The position numbers and the translations under genes were made by a program. A model generated the notes under the pieces. It searched no databases and was not told the origin of the DNA. It was given only the letters and a program-made list of their open reading frames with translations. From Candidatus Fimenecus sp. (GTDB taxonomy: Bacteria; Bacillota; Clostridia; Oscillospirales; Acutalibacteraceae), in the NCBI GenBank assembly GCA_045594645.1, contig JAZNYY010000043.1, forward strand, positions 3,562 to 67,561: a DNA stretch of 64,000 bases, written 5' to 3'. This document shows, piece after piece, positions 54,227-63,613 of this stretch (positions are counted from its first letter, which is position 1; each line of letters starts with the position of its first letter).

Positions 54227-54594
54227 TGGCAGGATACAGAACAGGCAGAGTTTCAGAGGATATCAAGCGTGAAATTGTGGCTATTATCCGCGAATTAAAG
54301 GACCCCAGAGTAAGAGACAAAATTCTTACTGTTGTGCGTGTTGAGGTAAGCTCTGATTTATCTTATGCAAAGGTTTATGTAAGCTCAATGAGTGGCATTG
54401 ACGATGCAAAAGAGGCAGTTAAGGGACTCACCTCTGCAACGGGACTTATCCGCAGAGAAGTAGGAAACAAGCTTCATCTTCGCAAAACTCCCGAACTTAA
54501 ATTTATTGCTGACGATTCAGTTGAGCACGGTATGGAAATCTTTAAAAAGATTGAAAGCACCGTAATCACTGACGAAGAGGACGAAAATGAATAA
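54226..54594 (+). CDS. rbfA: Ribosome-binding factor A
   Basis: 122 aa with RVSEDIKREIVAIIRELKDPRV and LRKTPELKF. Confidence 0.9.
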   Translation: MAGYRTGRVSEDIKREIVAIIRELKDPRVRDKILTVVRVEVSSDLSYAKVYVSSMSGIDDAKEAVKGLTSATGLIRREVGNKLHLRKTPELKFIADDSVEHGMEIFKKIESTVITDEEDENE

Positions 54595-55537
54595 AATTGG
54601 TGTTAAAGAGTGTGCTTCACTCTTAAAAGAATTTGATAATTATCTTATTCTTTCACATCGCAACCCCGACGGCGACACACTCGGCAGTGCTTTTGCACTT
54701 AAGCGTGCGCTTGCCCTCTTGGGTAAAAAATCAATGGTACGCTGTATTGACGAAATCCACCCTAAATTTTCATATTTGTGGGCAAACCTCGACAATACAG
54801 ACATTGAATTCGACAAAATAATAGCAGTTGATGTTGCCGATAATAAGCTTTTGGGCGAAGAATTCCAAAAGCTTTACGGCGACCGCGTATGGCTTTGCAT
54901 TGACCACCATATGTCAAACCGCGAATACGCAGAAAATCTTCTTTTAGAGGACAGAGCTGCGGCGGCTGTTGTAATTTATGAGGTTATTTGTGAATTGGGC
55001 GTTGAAATCACACCCGAAATTGCAAATTGCGTTTACACAGGTCTTGCAACTGACACAGGCTGTTTTATGTTTTCAAACACCACCCCCACAGTTCACAGAA
55101 TTGCGGCTGAAATGATGGAAAAAGGCGCAGATTACACTTTGGTCAACCGTCTTATGTTTGAAACAAAAACTCTCTCATATTTAAAATTAGAGCAGTTGGC
55201 AGTAGCTTCAATTGAAAGCTATTTTGATGGTAAATGTGCAGTTATGACAATCACCCGCAAAATGTTTGAGGAAAGTGGCTCAAGCTCGTCAGAATGTGAC
55301 GGAATTGCCTCTCTCCCCCGCAAAATCGAGGGTGTTCAGGTTGGCGTTACAATCCGTGAGCGTCACGACGGCACTTACAAGGTGTCACTTCGCACAGTTG
55401 AGCCTATCGACGCGTCAAAAATCTGCGGTAAACTCGGCGGTGGCGGTCATAACCGTGCCGCAGGCTGTGAATTCGACTGTTCTTTAGAAGAAGCAAAACA
55501 GACTTTACTTGAAATTATAGAGGCGGAGCTTAAATGA
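54587..55537 (+). CDS. nrnA: DHH/DHHA1 phosphoesterase (NrnA-type oligoribonuclease/pAp phosphatase)
   Basis: The motifs SHRNPDGDTLGS, CIDHH and GGGGHNRAAG are present. Confidence 0.85.
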   Translation: MNKIGVKECASLLKEFDNYLILSHRNPDGDTLGSAFALKRALALLGKKSMVRCIDEIHPKFSYLWANLDNTDIEFDKIIAVDVADNKLLGEEFQKLYGDRVWLCIDHHMSNREYAENLLLEDRAAAAVVIYEVICELGVEITPEIANCVYTGLATDTGCFMFSNTTPTVHRIAAEMMEKGADYTLVNRLMFETKTLSYLKLEQLAVASIESYFDGKCAVMTITRKMFEESGSSSSECDGIASLPRKIEGVQVGVTIRERHDGTYKVSLRTVEPIDASKICGKLGGGGHNRAAGCEFDCSLEEAKQTLLEIIEAELK

Positions 55538-56424
55538 CAGGCATAATTTGTCTTGACAAACCGCGTGATATGTCATCATTTATGGCAGTAAAGCGTGCAT
55601 CGCGAATTCTCGGCGTAAAAAAGGCGGGGCATACGGGAACTCTCGACCCAATGGCTACGGGAGTGCTCGTAATTATGCTCGGTCACTGCACACGCTTTAT
55701 TGAGCTTTTGCCTGAGCATCGCAAATCTTACACCGCAAGGGTAAAACTAGGTATTACAACCGATACTCTTGACATTACGGGTGAGGTTTTATCGACAAAT
55801 GATGTTAATGTGACAAAAGAGCAGTTGTTATTTGCCGGTGCACAGTTCAAGGGTGAGATTTTGCAGACTCCCCCAATGTATTCGGCGCTGAAAAAAGACG
55901 GTGAACGCCTTTATGATTTGGCGCGAAAGGGAATTGAAGTCGCCCGAGAGCAGAGAAAAATCACAATAGAAAAATTAGAAATCTATGATTTTGACGGCGT
56001 TGAATTTTCAATGGATGTTACCTGCTCGGCGGGTACATATATCCGTTCACTTTGTGACGACATCGGTAAAGTGCTCGGTTGCGGTGCTATTATGACAGAG
56101 CTTCGCAGAACAGAGGCAAACGGGTTTTCAATTGATAATTCCGTTACTTTGGAAAAGCTTGAAAAGCTTGTCAGTGAAAACAAGACTGAAGGTATAATCA
56201 CATCAGTTGAAAAAGCACTTATGAGCTACCCCGAAATCATGGTAACAAAGCCTCAGGCAAACCGTTTTCACAACGGCGGTGCGTTAGATTATGAGCGCTT
56301 GCACGGTGACTACCCCACTGGAATTTACCGTGTTTATTCCCCCGAAAAAGTTCTTTTGGGACTTGGCGAAATCAACACAGACAAAGGCAACCTTGAAGTC
56401 AGGAGGGTGCTTATAAATGAATAA
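55534..56424 (+). CDS. truB: tRNA pseudouridine(55) synthase
   Basis: KKAGHTGTLDPMATGVL contains the catalytic Asp. A PUA-like C-terminus is present. Confidence 0.95.
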   Translation: MTGIICLDKPRDMSSFMAVKRASRILGVKKAGHTGTLDPMATGVLVIMLGHCTRFIELLPEHRKSYTARVKLGITTDTLDITGEVLSTNDVNVTKEQLLFAGAQFKGEILQTPPMYSALKKDGERLYDLARKGIEVAREQRKITIEKLEIYDFDGVEFSMDVTCSAGTYIRSLCDDIGKVLGCGAIMTELRRTEANGFSIDNSVTLEKLEKLVSENKTEGIITSVEKALMSYPEIMVTKPQANRFHNGGALDYERLHGDYPTGIYRVYSPEKVLLGLGEINTDKGNLEVRRVLINE

Positions 56425-57304
56425 ACTCGCATTGGCACTTGGCACCTTTGACGGCTTACATAAAGGTCATTTGCAGGTGCTTGAGGTCACACAAAAATTC
56501 GCATTGCAAGGACTTGTGCCCGCAATATTGATGTTCGATTGTCATCCATTAAAAGCAGTCAAGGGTATTTCTCCCCCGCTACTTATAACGCAAGAGGACA
56601 AAGAGGACTTTGTTAAGAAAATGGGACTTTTACCCGTGCCCGTAAGCTTTAATGAAATCCGTCAGCTTTCTCCCGAAGAATTCGTGACAGAAATTCTCAT
56701 TAAAAGATTTAACGCAGGGGCAGTTATAAGCGGAGAGAATTTTCATTTTGGAAAATGCGGTGCAGGTAACAGTAAAATACTCGCTGAGCTTTGCGATAAG
56801 TATGATATAATATACAAGCAGGCTGAAAATATTTATTACGATGACGAGCTTGTAAGCTCAACGCGTATCCGCCAAGCACTCGAAAACGGTGAAATCGAAA
56901 AGGCTAATGAAATGCTCGGTCGCAATTTTTCATACGATTTTCTTGTGGTTGAGGGTAACAAAATCGGCAAAAAATATTTCGGATTTCCAACAATCAATCA
57001 GCATTTCCCCGCTGATTTTGTAGAGCTTAAGCACGGCGTTTACGCATCACAAACCAAGGTTGACGGCGAAATTTATCCGTCAGTTACAAACTTTGGTTGC
57101 CACCCCACAATCGGCGGTGATAAAGTCTTAAGTGAAACCTGTATTTTAGGCTTTGACGGTAATCTTTACAACCGAAGAATTAAGGTTGAGCTTCTTAAAT
57201 TTTTAAGAGGCGAAAAAAAGTTTAATTCTAAAGAAGAATTAAAAGAGCAAATTGATAAAGACAGTAAATTAGCTATCAAGATTTTTGATAGTAAAAATAA
57301 ATAA
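56417..57304 (+). CDS. ribF: Bifunctional riboflavin kinase / FMN adenylyltransferase
   Basis: ALGTFDGLHKGH marks the FAD-synthetase domain and PTINQ / GVYA / ETCILGFDGNLY mark the kinase domain. Confidence 0.9.
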   Translation: MNKLALALGTFDGLHKGHLQVLEVTQKFALQGLVPAILMFDCHPLKAVKGISPPLLITQEDKEDFVKKMGLLPVPVSFNEIRQLSPEEFVTEILIKRFNAGAVISGENFHFGKCGAGNSKILAELCDKYDIIYKQAENIYYDDELVSSTRIRQALENGEIEKANEMLGRNFSYDFLVVEGNKIGKKYFGFPTINQHFPADFVELKHGVYASQTKVDGEIYPSVTNFGCHPTIGGDKVLSETCILGFDGNLYNRRIKVELLKFLRGEKKFNSKEELKEQIDKDSKLAIKIFDSKNK

Positions 57305-57320
57305 TGAAAGGGAAATTTTT

Positions 57321-58529
57321 ATGACACAATTTTACAAGGCATATTGCAGAGTATTCCAGAAAGTAATGTTTGTTATGGAGTGCTTCTTACCCTGGGGCGA
57401 GCCATTTATGCTCACAGGACCCGGAAGTATCCGCAAGCTCCCAAATCTTATTAAAGAAAAGGGACTCAAGAAAGTGCTTATCGTAACAGATAAGGGACTT
57501 ACTTCTCTTGGACTTTTGAACTCTCTCTATGAAGAGATGGACAACGCAGGCGTTGAGTATGTTGTTTATGACGGCACTCAGCCCAACCCCACAATTGAAA
57601 ACATTGAAGAAGCAAAGGATATGTATCTTCAGAACAATTGTCAGGGTATTATCGCATTCGGTGGCGGCTCACCAATGGACTGTGCAAAGATTGCAGCAGC
57701 AAGAGTTGTTAAACCCCGTCAGCCCGTTGAGAAAATGCGCGGACTTATGAAAATTCTTCATCCGCTGCCCCCATTCTTCGCAGTTCCCACAACTGCAGGT
57801 ACAGGTTCAGAATGCACACTTGCAGCGGTTGTTTCAAACTCAAAAACACACGAAAAGAATGCTTGTAATGACCCATTCCTTCGTCCCCGTTATGCAGTAT
57901 TTGACCCTGAGCTTACAGTGGGGCTTCCTCCTCATATCACATCAACAACAGGTATGGACGCTCTTACTCATGCGGTTGAAGCATACATAGGCAAGAGCAA
58001 TGTGAAATCAACTGCAAACTATGCTGAAAAGGCAACAAAGATGATTTTTGAAAATCTTGAAGTTGCATACACAGACGGCAAGAACATTGAAGCAAGAAAT
58101 CAAATGCTCCTCGCTTCTTTCTATGCAGGTATGGCATTTACTCGCGCTTATGTTGGTTATGTTCACGCAATTGCTCATAACCTTGGTGGTCAGTACGGAA
58201 TCCCCCACGGTCTTGCAAATGCAGTTATTCTCCCCGTAGTTCTCGAAAGCTATGGCGAGGCAGTTTATGACAGACTTGCTCGTCTTGCTGACATCGTTGG
58301 TCTTGAGGGTAATTCAAACGAAGAAAAAGCAAAGAAATTCATTGCTGAAATCTACGCAATGAATGAGAGAATGGGAATTCCCAAGGGCTTTGCACAGATT
58401 CAGGAAAAGGATATTCCGATTATCGTTGAGCGCGCGCTTAAAGAGGGCAACCCACTCTACCCCGTTCCCGTAATCTACGGCGAAGAAGAAATGACAGCAA
58501 TTGTTAAATCATTGATGATTAAGGAATAA
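57321..58529 (+). CDS. Iron-containing (group III) alcohol dehydrogenase
   Basis: The motifs GGGSPMDCAK, AVPTTAGTGSE and HAIAHNLGGQYGIPHG (metal-binding His residues) are present. Confidence 0.85.
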   Translation: MTQFYKAYCRVFQKVMFVMECFLPWGEPFMLTGPGSIRKLPNLIKEKGLKKVLIVTDKGLTSLGLLNSLYEEMDNAGVEYVVYDGTQPNPTIENIEEAKDMYLQNNCQGIIAFGGGSPMDCAKIAAARVVKPRQPVEKMRGLMKILHPLPPFFAVPTTAGTGSECTLAAVVSNSKTHEKNACNDPFLRPRYAVFDPELTVGLPPHITSTTGMDALTHAVEAYIGKSNVKSTANYAEKATKMIFENLEVAYTDGKNIEARNQMLLASFYAGMAFTRAYVGYVHAIAHNLGGQYGIPHGLANAVILPVVLESYGEAVYDRLARLADIVGLEGNSNEEKAKKFIAEIYAMNERMGIPKGFAQIQEKDIPIIVERALKEGNPLYPVPVIYGEEEMTAIVKSLMIKE

Positions 58530-58533
58530 AAAA

Positions 58534-58665
58534 GCCTTCCCCTTGAGGGGAAGGTGGATTTGCCACAAGGCAAAGACGGATGAGGTGGAAAAGCAATTAT
58601 AACGGATACTTCGTATCCTACACCTCATCAGTCACTTCGTGACAGCTTCTCCTCAAGGAGAAGCC
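58534..58665. repeat. Multi-hairpin intergenic repeat (complete copy; 3' hairpin + T-run terminates the ADH gene)
   Basis: Five stems are present: ccttcccc/ggggaagg, tttgcc/ggcaaa, gatgaggtg/cacctcatc enclosing ggatac/gtatcc, gtcac/gtgac, and gcttctcc/ggagaagc followed by TTTTTT. Confidence 0.8.
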
Positions 58666-58669
58666 TTTT

Positions 58670-59023
58670 TTATTGCAAATTAAGATGTCTCATTATATCA
58701 GTACACACACCGTAGAAATTTGTATTCACATCATAATTTGAATATCTTAAAACTGTTAATCCTAACGACTTTAAGAATTCATCTCGTTTAGCATCATTTT
58801 TTTTGCCTTGTTCTTCAAAATGTTGCGAACCGTCAAGTTCAATTATGATTTTTGCTTCTGCACAATAAAAATCTACAATATAATTACCTATCACTTTCTG
58901 TCTGTTGATTGTGATAGGTAATTCTTTTAAGAAGTTATACCAAAGATGCCTTTCCTCTTTAGTCATATTCTTTCGTAATTCCTGTGCATTAGCGGTTAAT
59001 TTTGGATTGTTGGTTTTATTCAC
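58670..59023 (-). CDS. DUF559 (Vsr-like / PD-(D/E)xK fold) endonuclease-domain protein
   Basis: 117 aa. The DUF559 pattern is TKEERHLWYNFLK..RQKVIGNYIVDFYCAEAKIIIELDGSQH...D..RDEFLKSLGLTVLRY. The GTG start lies 5 nt after GAGGTG, which belongs to the repeat arm. Confidence 0.8.
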   Translation of the reverse strand: MNKTNNPKLTANAQELRKNMTKEERHLWYNFLKELPITINRQKVIGNYIVDFYCAEAKIIIELDGSQHFEEQGKKNDAKRDEFLKSLGLTVLRYSNYDVNTNFYGVCTDIMRHLNLQ

Positions 59024-59028
59024 AATAA

Positions 59029-59075
59029 CACCTCATCCGTCACCTACGGTGACACCTTCCCCTCAAGGGGAAGGC
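59029..59075. repeat. Inverted half-copy (L-arm) of the multi-hairpin repeat
   Basis: The reverse complement reads gccttccccttgaggggaaggtg-tcaccgtaggtga-cggatgaggtg. This matches 58534-58590 except for the small variable hairpin. Confidence 0.8.
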
Positions 59076-59090
59076 ATTTCCGCATTGATT

Positions 59091-61793
59091 TTACTTACTA
59101 CTTATCTTACTAATACTCTCTTCAAGCATTGCAAGTTTTTCGTTGTATTTTGCCAGCTTTTCGCGTTGCTCGTTAACAACTGCTTCGGGGGCTTTTGCTA
59201 CGAAGCCTGCATTGTTGAGCTTACCTGAAACGAACGCGATTTCTTTCTCAACTGCTTTCTTTTCTTTCTGAAGTCTTTCGAGCTCTGCCTTGAAGTCAAC
59301 AAGCTCATCCATTGGGATAAAGAGTCTTGCGTCTTCTGTGATAATCGCAACAGCCTCATCATTTTCATAGCCCTTAACGATTTCAACTTCAGAAGCAGAA
59401 GCGAGTCTTACAAAGAAGTTTGCACCTTCACTGAAGGTCTTTTCGTAGGCAGTTTCAATGAAAATCTTTGCTTTCTTTGATGGCGGAACATTCATTTCTG
59501 CACGGCGATTACGAACTGCCTTAATTGCGGTCATAACTCTTTCCATTTCATTTTCTTCAGCCTTGAATGAGAGTTCATCGCTGAATACGGGCCACTGAGA
59601 AATCATAATTGAGTCGCCATCGTGAGGTAATGTCTGCCAAATTTCTTCTGTGATAAATGGCATAAATGGGTGAAGAAGCTTGAGCGTATTTGACATTACA
59701 TAAACAAGAACTGCTTTAACAGTTGCCTTTGCAGTTGCGCATTCACCATTAAGACGGATTTTTGCAATTTCGATATACCAATCGCAGAATACATCCCAAA
59801 TAAAGTCATAAAGCTTCTGTACAGCAAGACCGAGTTCAAACTTTTCAAGTGAGTCTGTAACATCTTTTACAAGGTCATTATATTTTGACAAAATCCACTT
59901 ATCTTCAATAGCAAGATTCTTTGGCACATAAGGTGCATATTCGTTTTCATCAAGGTTCATAAGGATGAAACGAGCAGCATTCCAAATCTTGTTAGCAAAG
60001 TTTCTACTTGCCTCAACCTTTTCGTCAGAGAAACGCATATCGTTTCCGGGGCTGTTACCTGTTGCAAGAGTAAAGCGGAGTGCGTCAGCACCGTACTGGT
60101 CGATAATCTCAAGTGGGTCAATACCGTTACCGAGAGATTTTGACATCTTTCTACCTTGAGCATCACGAACAAGACCGTGAATAAGAACAGTGACAAAAGG
60201 AACTTTTCCTGTGTACTCAAGAGCAGAGAAAATCATACGAGATACCCAGAAGCCGATAATATCATAGCCTGTTACAAGGGTATTTGTTGGGTAATAATGC
60301 TTCAAATCCTCTGTCTGCTCAGGCCAACCAAGTGTTGAGAATGGCCAGAGTGCTGATGAGAACCAAGTATCAAGTGTGTCTTCATCTTGACGGATATTCG
60401 CACTGTTACATTTTGGACAAGCTGTCAAATGCTCTTTTGTAACAATTGTTTCACCACAATCATCACAATACCAAGCGGGAATTCTGTGTCCCCACCAAAG
60501 CTGACGAGAAATACACCAGTCGCGAGTACCGTTCATCCAGTTAAGGTAATTCTTTGTAAATCTTTCGGGAATAAACTTTGTTTCGCCTTTTTCAACGGCT
60601 TCAATAGCGGGCTTTGCAAGGGGAACCATACGAACAAACCACTGCTTTGAAACCATTGGCTCAATTGTGTTATGACAACGATAGCAAGTGCCAACCTCGT
60701 GCTTGCGGGGCTCAACCTCTTTAAGATATCCGCCTGCTTTAAGGTCTTCGAGGATTGCTTTTCTTGCCTCTTTTGTGGTCATACCTGCATATTTACCGCA
60801 GTCAAGAACCTCGGGCTCATTTTCTGTTGCACGACCGCTTGCGATAAGCTCGTCGGCAATTCTCTTATCCTCTGCACCTGTGAGGTGACCATCATAAGTG
60901 AATGTACGAACAATGCGAAGATTATTTCTTTGACCAACCTCAAAGTCATTGGGGTCATGAGCAGGAGTGATTTTAACAACACCCGTACCCTTTGTCATAT
61001 CTGCGTGCTCGTCACATACAATCGGGATTTCTTTATTGAGAAGTGGCAAAATTACATGGCAACCGTGAAGATGCTTATATCTTTCATCCTCTGCATTGAT
61101 TGCAACTGCAGTATCACCGAGCATTGTTTCGGGACGAGTAGTAGCAAGCTCAAGCTTTTCGCCCGTTTCTTTAACTGTATAAAGAAGATGCCAGAAGCTA
61201 CCGTCCTGCTCTTCATATTCAACCTCTGCATCAGAAATTGATGTGTTACAGCAAGGGCACCAGTTAACCATACGGTTACCGCGATAAATCAAATCCTTTT
61301 CATAAAGACGGCAGAAAACCTCGTTAACAGCCTTACTGCAGCCCTCATCAAGAGTGAAACGCTCTCTGTCCCAGTCACAAGATGAACCTAATTTCTTTAA
61401 CTGTTCAATAATTCTGCCACCGTACTGCTTTTTCCAGTCCCAAGCGCGCTCTAAGAAGCCGTCACGGCCTAAATCCTCTTTGCTGATGCCTTCTTTTCTC
61501 ATAGCCTCAACGATTTTTGCCTCAGTTGCAATTGAAGCGTGGTCAGTACCTGGAAGCCAAAGTGTGTCATACCCCGCCATTCTGTGATAACGGATAAGAA
61601 TATCCTGCAATGTGTTATCAAGAGCATGGCCCATATGAAGCTGGCCTGTGATGTTTGGGGGCGGAATTACGATTGTGTAAGTCTTTTTGCCCTCTTCACG
61701 CTTTGCGTGAAAATATTTGTTGTCGAGCCAGTCTTTATATATTCTGTCTTCAACATTTTTCGGATTATACTGTTTTTCAAGTTCCTTGGACAT
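59091..61793 (-). CDS. valS: Valine--tRNA ligase
   Basis: HIGH (LHMGHAL), KMSKS (KMSKSLGN), an editing domain, and a C-terminal coiled coil are present. ATG 61793 (MSKELEKQYNP) is preferred over 61877, which lies in the leader. Confidence 0.95.
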   Translation of the reverse strand: MSKELEKQYNPKNVEDRIYKDWLDNKYFHAKREEGKKTYTIVIPPPNITGQLHMGHALDNTLQDILIRYHRMAGYDTLWLPGTDHASIATEAKIVEAMRKEGISKEDLGRDGFLERAWDWKKQYGGRIIEQLKKLGSSCDWDRERFTLDEGCSKAVNEVFCRLYEKDLIYRGNRMVNWCPCCNTSISDAEVEYEEQDGSFWHLLYTVKETGEKLELATTRPETMLGDTAVAINAEDERYKHLHGCHVILPLLNKEIPIVCDEHADMTKGTGVVKITPAHDPNDFEVGQRNNLRIVRTFTYDGHLTGAEDKRIADELIASGRATENEPEVLDCGKYAGMTTKEARKAILEDLKAGGYLKEVEPRKHEVGTCYRCHNTIEPMVSKQWFVRMVPLAKPAIEAVEKGETKFIPERFTKNYLNWMNGTRDWCISRQLWWGHRIPAWYCDDCGETIVTKEHLTACPKCNSANIRQDEDTLDTWFSSALWPFSTLGWPEQTEDLKHYYPTNTLVTGYDIIGFWVSRMIFSALEYTGKVPFVTVLIHGLVRDAQGRKMSKSLGNGIDPLEIIDQYGADALRFTLATGNSPGNDMRFSDEKVEASRNFANKIWNAARFILMNLDENEYAPYVPKNLAIEDKWILSKYNDLVKDVTDSLEKFELGLAVQKLYDFIWDVFCDWYIEIAKIRLNGECATAKATVKAVLVYVMSNTLKLLHPFMPFITEEIWQTLPHDGDSIMISQWPVFSDELSFKAEENEMERVMTAIKAVRNRRAEMNVPPSKKAKIFIETAYEKTFSEGANFFVRLASASEVEIVKGYENDEAVAIITEDARLFIPMDELVDFKAELERLQKEKKAVEKEIAFVSGKLNNAGFVAKAPEAVVNEQREKLAKYNEKLAMLEESISKISSK

Positions 61794-61821
61794 ATATATC
61801 ATTCCTTTCGGTTTGTTTATT

Positions 61822-62050
61822 AAAATAAAACGCCCCATACATAAAAGTATGAGGCGAAATAAATTCCGTGGTACCACTCAAATTGCTAATGTTATACAAA
61901 AGCCACTTAAAATTCTTAACGGGAATTACGCGTTTTTACTTAACGGCAATTATTTGCTTTAGGCAAAACCACTCGAAAGCTACATATCAATTTAAAGGCT
62001 GTATTGTCTTGCACCAAACGACAACTCTCTGAAAGCGAGCTCAATAAATC
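61822..62050 (-). promoter_or_regulatory. T-box riboswitch leader of valS
   Basis: The minus strand shows an AGAGAG box, a GGTGCAAG distal-loop motif, the T-box sequence AATTTGAGTGGTACCACGG (61884-61866), and the terminator cgcctcatac-ttttat-gtatggggcg followed by TTTTATTTT. The candidate specifier is GUA (61983-61981). Confidence 0.8.
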
Positions 62051-62103
62051 TTACTCTTTGTCATAGTGTTTGTTTTATTCAATTCCAAGATATTTTATCA
62101 ATA

Positions 62104-63027
62104 TTAGTCCTTGTTGTCAAGGTCTAACGGGTCTTTTGTTTCAACTGACGCAGGCTTAACCGGTGTATAAGGTGCGTAAGTGTTATTCTGCGGATTATAC
62201 GCATTATACTGATTATTATTCATCGGTGGCTGCTGACCATAAGGATTATACTGCATATTGGGATTGTAGCCGTAAGGATTATACTGCTGTGCAGCTCTCT
62301 GTGCCTTTTTCTTCTTTGAAGATTTTACAACAGCAACAATAATCACAATTACAACAATAGCAATAATTACAAACACGCCGATAATTACAGCACCGATAAT
62401 TGCAAAAACCTTTGCACTCTCTGCTTGATTTGCAAGAATTGCCTCTTCATTGTATGAAATTGAGCCCATAAATGTTTCGACTGTTTTATTTCTATAAGCC
62501 ACAAGGTCCTCAGCGTCAACAACATCTATGTACATATCAATTACACAATTGTTGGTAATGATATAAACCTCTGAATAAAGACATTCATCAGTTACTCTCA
62601 AATTACTTTCATAATCTTCATAAGTATAATACATTTCATAAATAAGGGCATCATATCCGCCGATTTTTTCATATTTAATCTCGGCAGAGTTCTTTGTACC
62701 GCTGATAAACCATTCTAACTGGTCCAAATACTCTTCGCCAAAATCGTAATCTTCAAGAACTTCGTCTTCAAGGGCAACATTTATATACAAATCCACATTG
62801 TTGCCTGTGTAGTATTCATTACCGTCTTCTGAAGTATACCATTCGTCATACCAAAGGTTTACATAAAAATCGTCGCTTTCACTTTCGCTGAGGTCCTCAA
62901 CATCATAGTTTTCAGGACATTCAACAGTTACATAATCATTTGAAAACGCAAATGCACTTACTGTGAAAATAGATACAAGCATTAAAATTGCAAGTGCCAA
63001 TGATAATAATTTACCTAATCTCTTCAT
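62104..63027 (-). CDS. Hypothetical single-pass membrane protein: acidic ectodomain, Ile/Val TM, Q/N/Y/P-rich cytoplasmic tail
   Basis: The signal peptide is MKRLGKLLSLALAILMLVSIFTVSAFA and the TM helix is FAIIGAVIIGVFVIIAIVVIVIIVAVV. The tail reads QQYNPYGYNPNMQYNPYGQQPPMNNNQYNAYNPQNNTYAPYTP. Confidence 0.5.
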   Translation of the reverse strand: MKRLGKLLSLALAILMLVSIFTVSAFAFSNDYVTVECPENYDVEDLSESESDDFYVNLWYDEWYTSEDGNEYYTGNNVDLYINVALEDEVLEDYDFGEEYLDQLEWFISGTKNSAEIKYEKIGGYDALIYEMYYTYEDYESNLRVTDECLYSEVYIITNNCVIDMYIDVVDAEDLVAYRNKTVETFMGSISYNEEAILANQAESAKVFAIIGAVIIGVFVIIAIVVIVIIVAVVKSSKKKKAQRAAQQYNPYGYNPNMQYNPYGQQPPMNNNQYNAYNPQNNTYAPYTPVKPASVETKDPLDLDNKD

Positions 63028-63055
63028 ATTATATCCCCTTATATTCACCCCGAAT

Positions 63056-63610
63056 TTATACCGATAATGATGTGATTATCGTTGAATAAACTTTAACGGG
63101 GTCGTTTATGAAATTCTGCTTAACCTGTTCAAGCTGTAAGCTGTCGCTTACATAAACAGACAATTTCATAAGCTCTGTATCGCGGTCGAAAAGAGTAAAT
63201 GTAATGGTGTAACCGCCGTTTTCCTCTTTTTTAACCTCAATTTTATTCTCACGCTCAATTTTAGCCCTTGTTGTAAGTCTTATCGCAGAATTTACTGCCT
63301 TTTCACGCACTGTACGAGGAAGGCTTGTCTGCAAAAGCTCTGCTGCCTCTCTGCCTTTAGCAGTGACAGAAATCACTTCGTCCTCGTCAAGAATATCGGC
63401 AGTAATGTTGCCTGTTTTAAGAAGCTCCTCAATTGCTTGACCAACCTCAAAATAATTGGCAAGTCCGTCCTCCTGCATTGCTTCGTTGAGCATCTGTCTT
63501 GTCATTGGTGCGTCAACGCTTTTAAGAAGATAGCAAACGAGAAGTCGAATATCATCACGGTTGCGAAGACCGCCCATTTCAATTCCTGCGTCAAATGCGT
63601 CAAAATCCAT
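63056..63610 (-). CDS. DUF4364-like winged-helix protein
   Basis: 184 aa with a wHTH-like N-terminus (IRLLVCYLLKSVDAPMTRQMLNEAM). The family assignment is from memory only. Confidence 0.45.
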   Translation of the reverse strand: MDFDAFDAGIEMGGLRNRDDIRLLVCYLLKSVDAPMTRQMLNEAMQEDGLANYFEVGQAIEELLKTGNITADILDEDEVISVTAKGREAAELLQTSLPRTVREKAVNSAIRLTTRAKIERENKIEVKKEENGGYTITFTLFDRDTELMKLSVYVSDSLQLEQVKQNFINDPVKVYSTIITSLSV

Positions 63611-63613
63611 AAT

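Noticed and set aside
61794-61877. Upstream ATG at 61877 extending valS by 28 aa (MVPRNLFRLILLCMGRFILINKPKGMIY).
   Set aside because: The extension runs through the T-box terminator and leader. The canonical ValRS N-terminus (MSKELEKQYNP..) begins at 61793.
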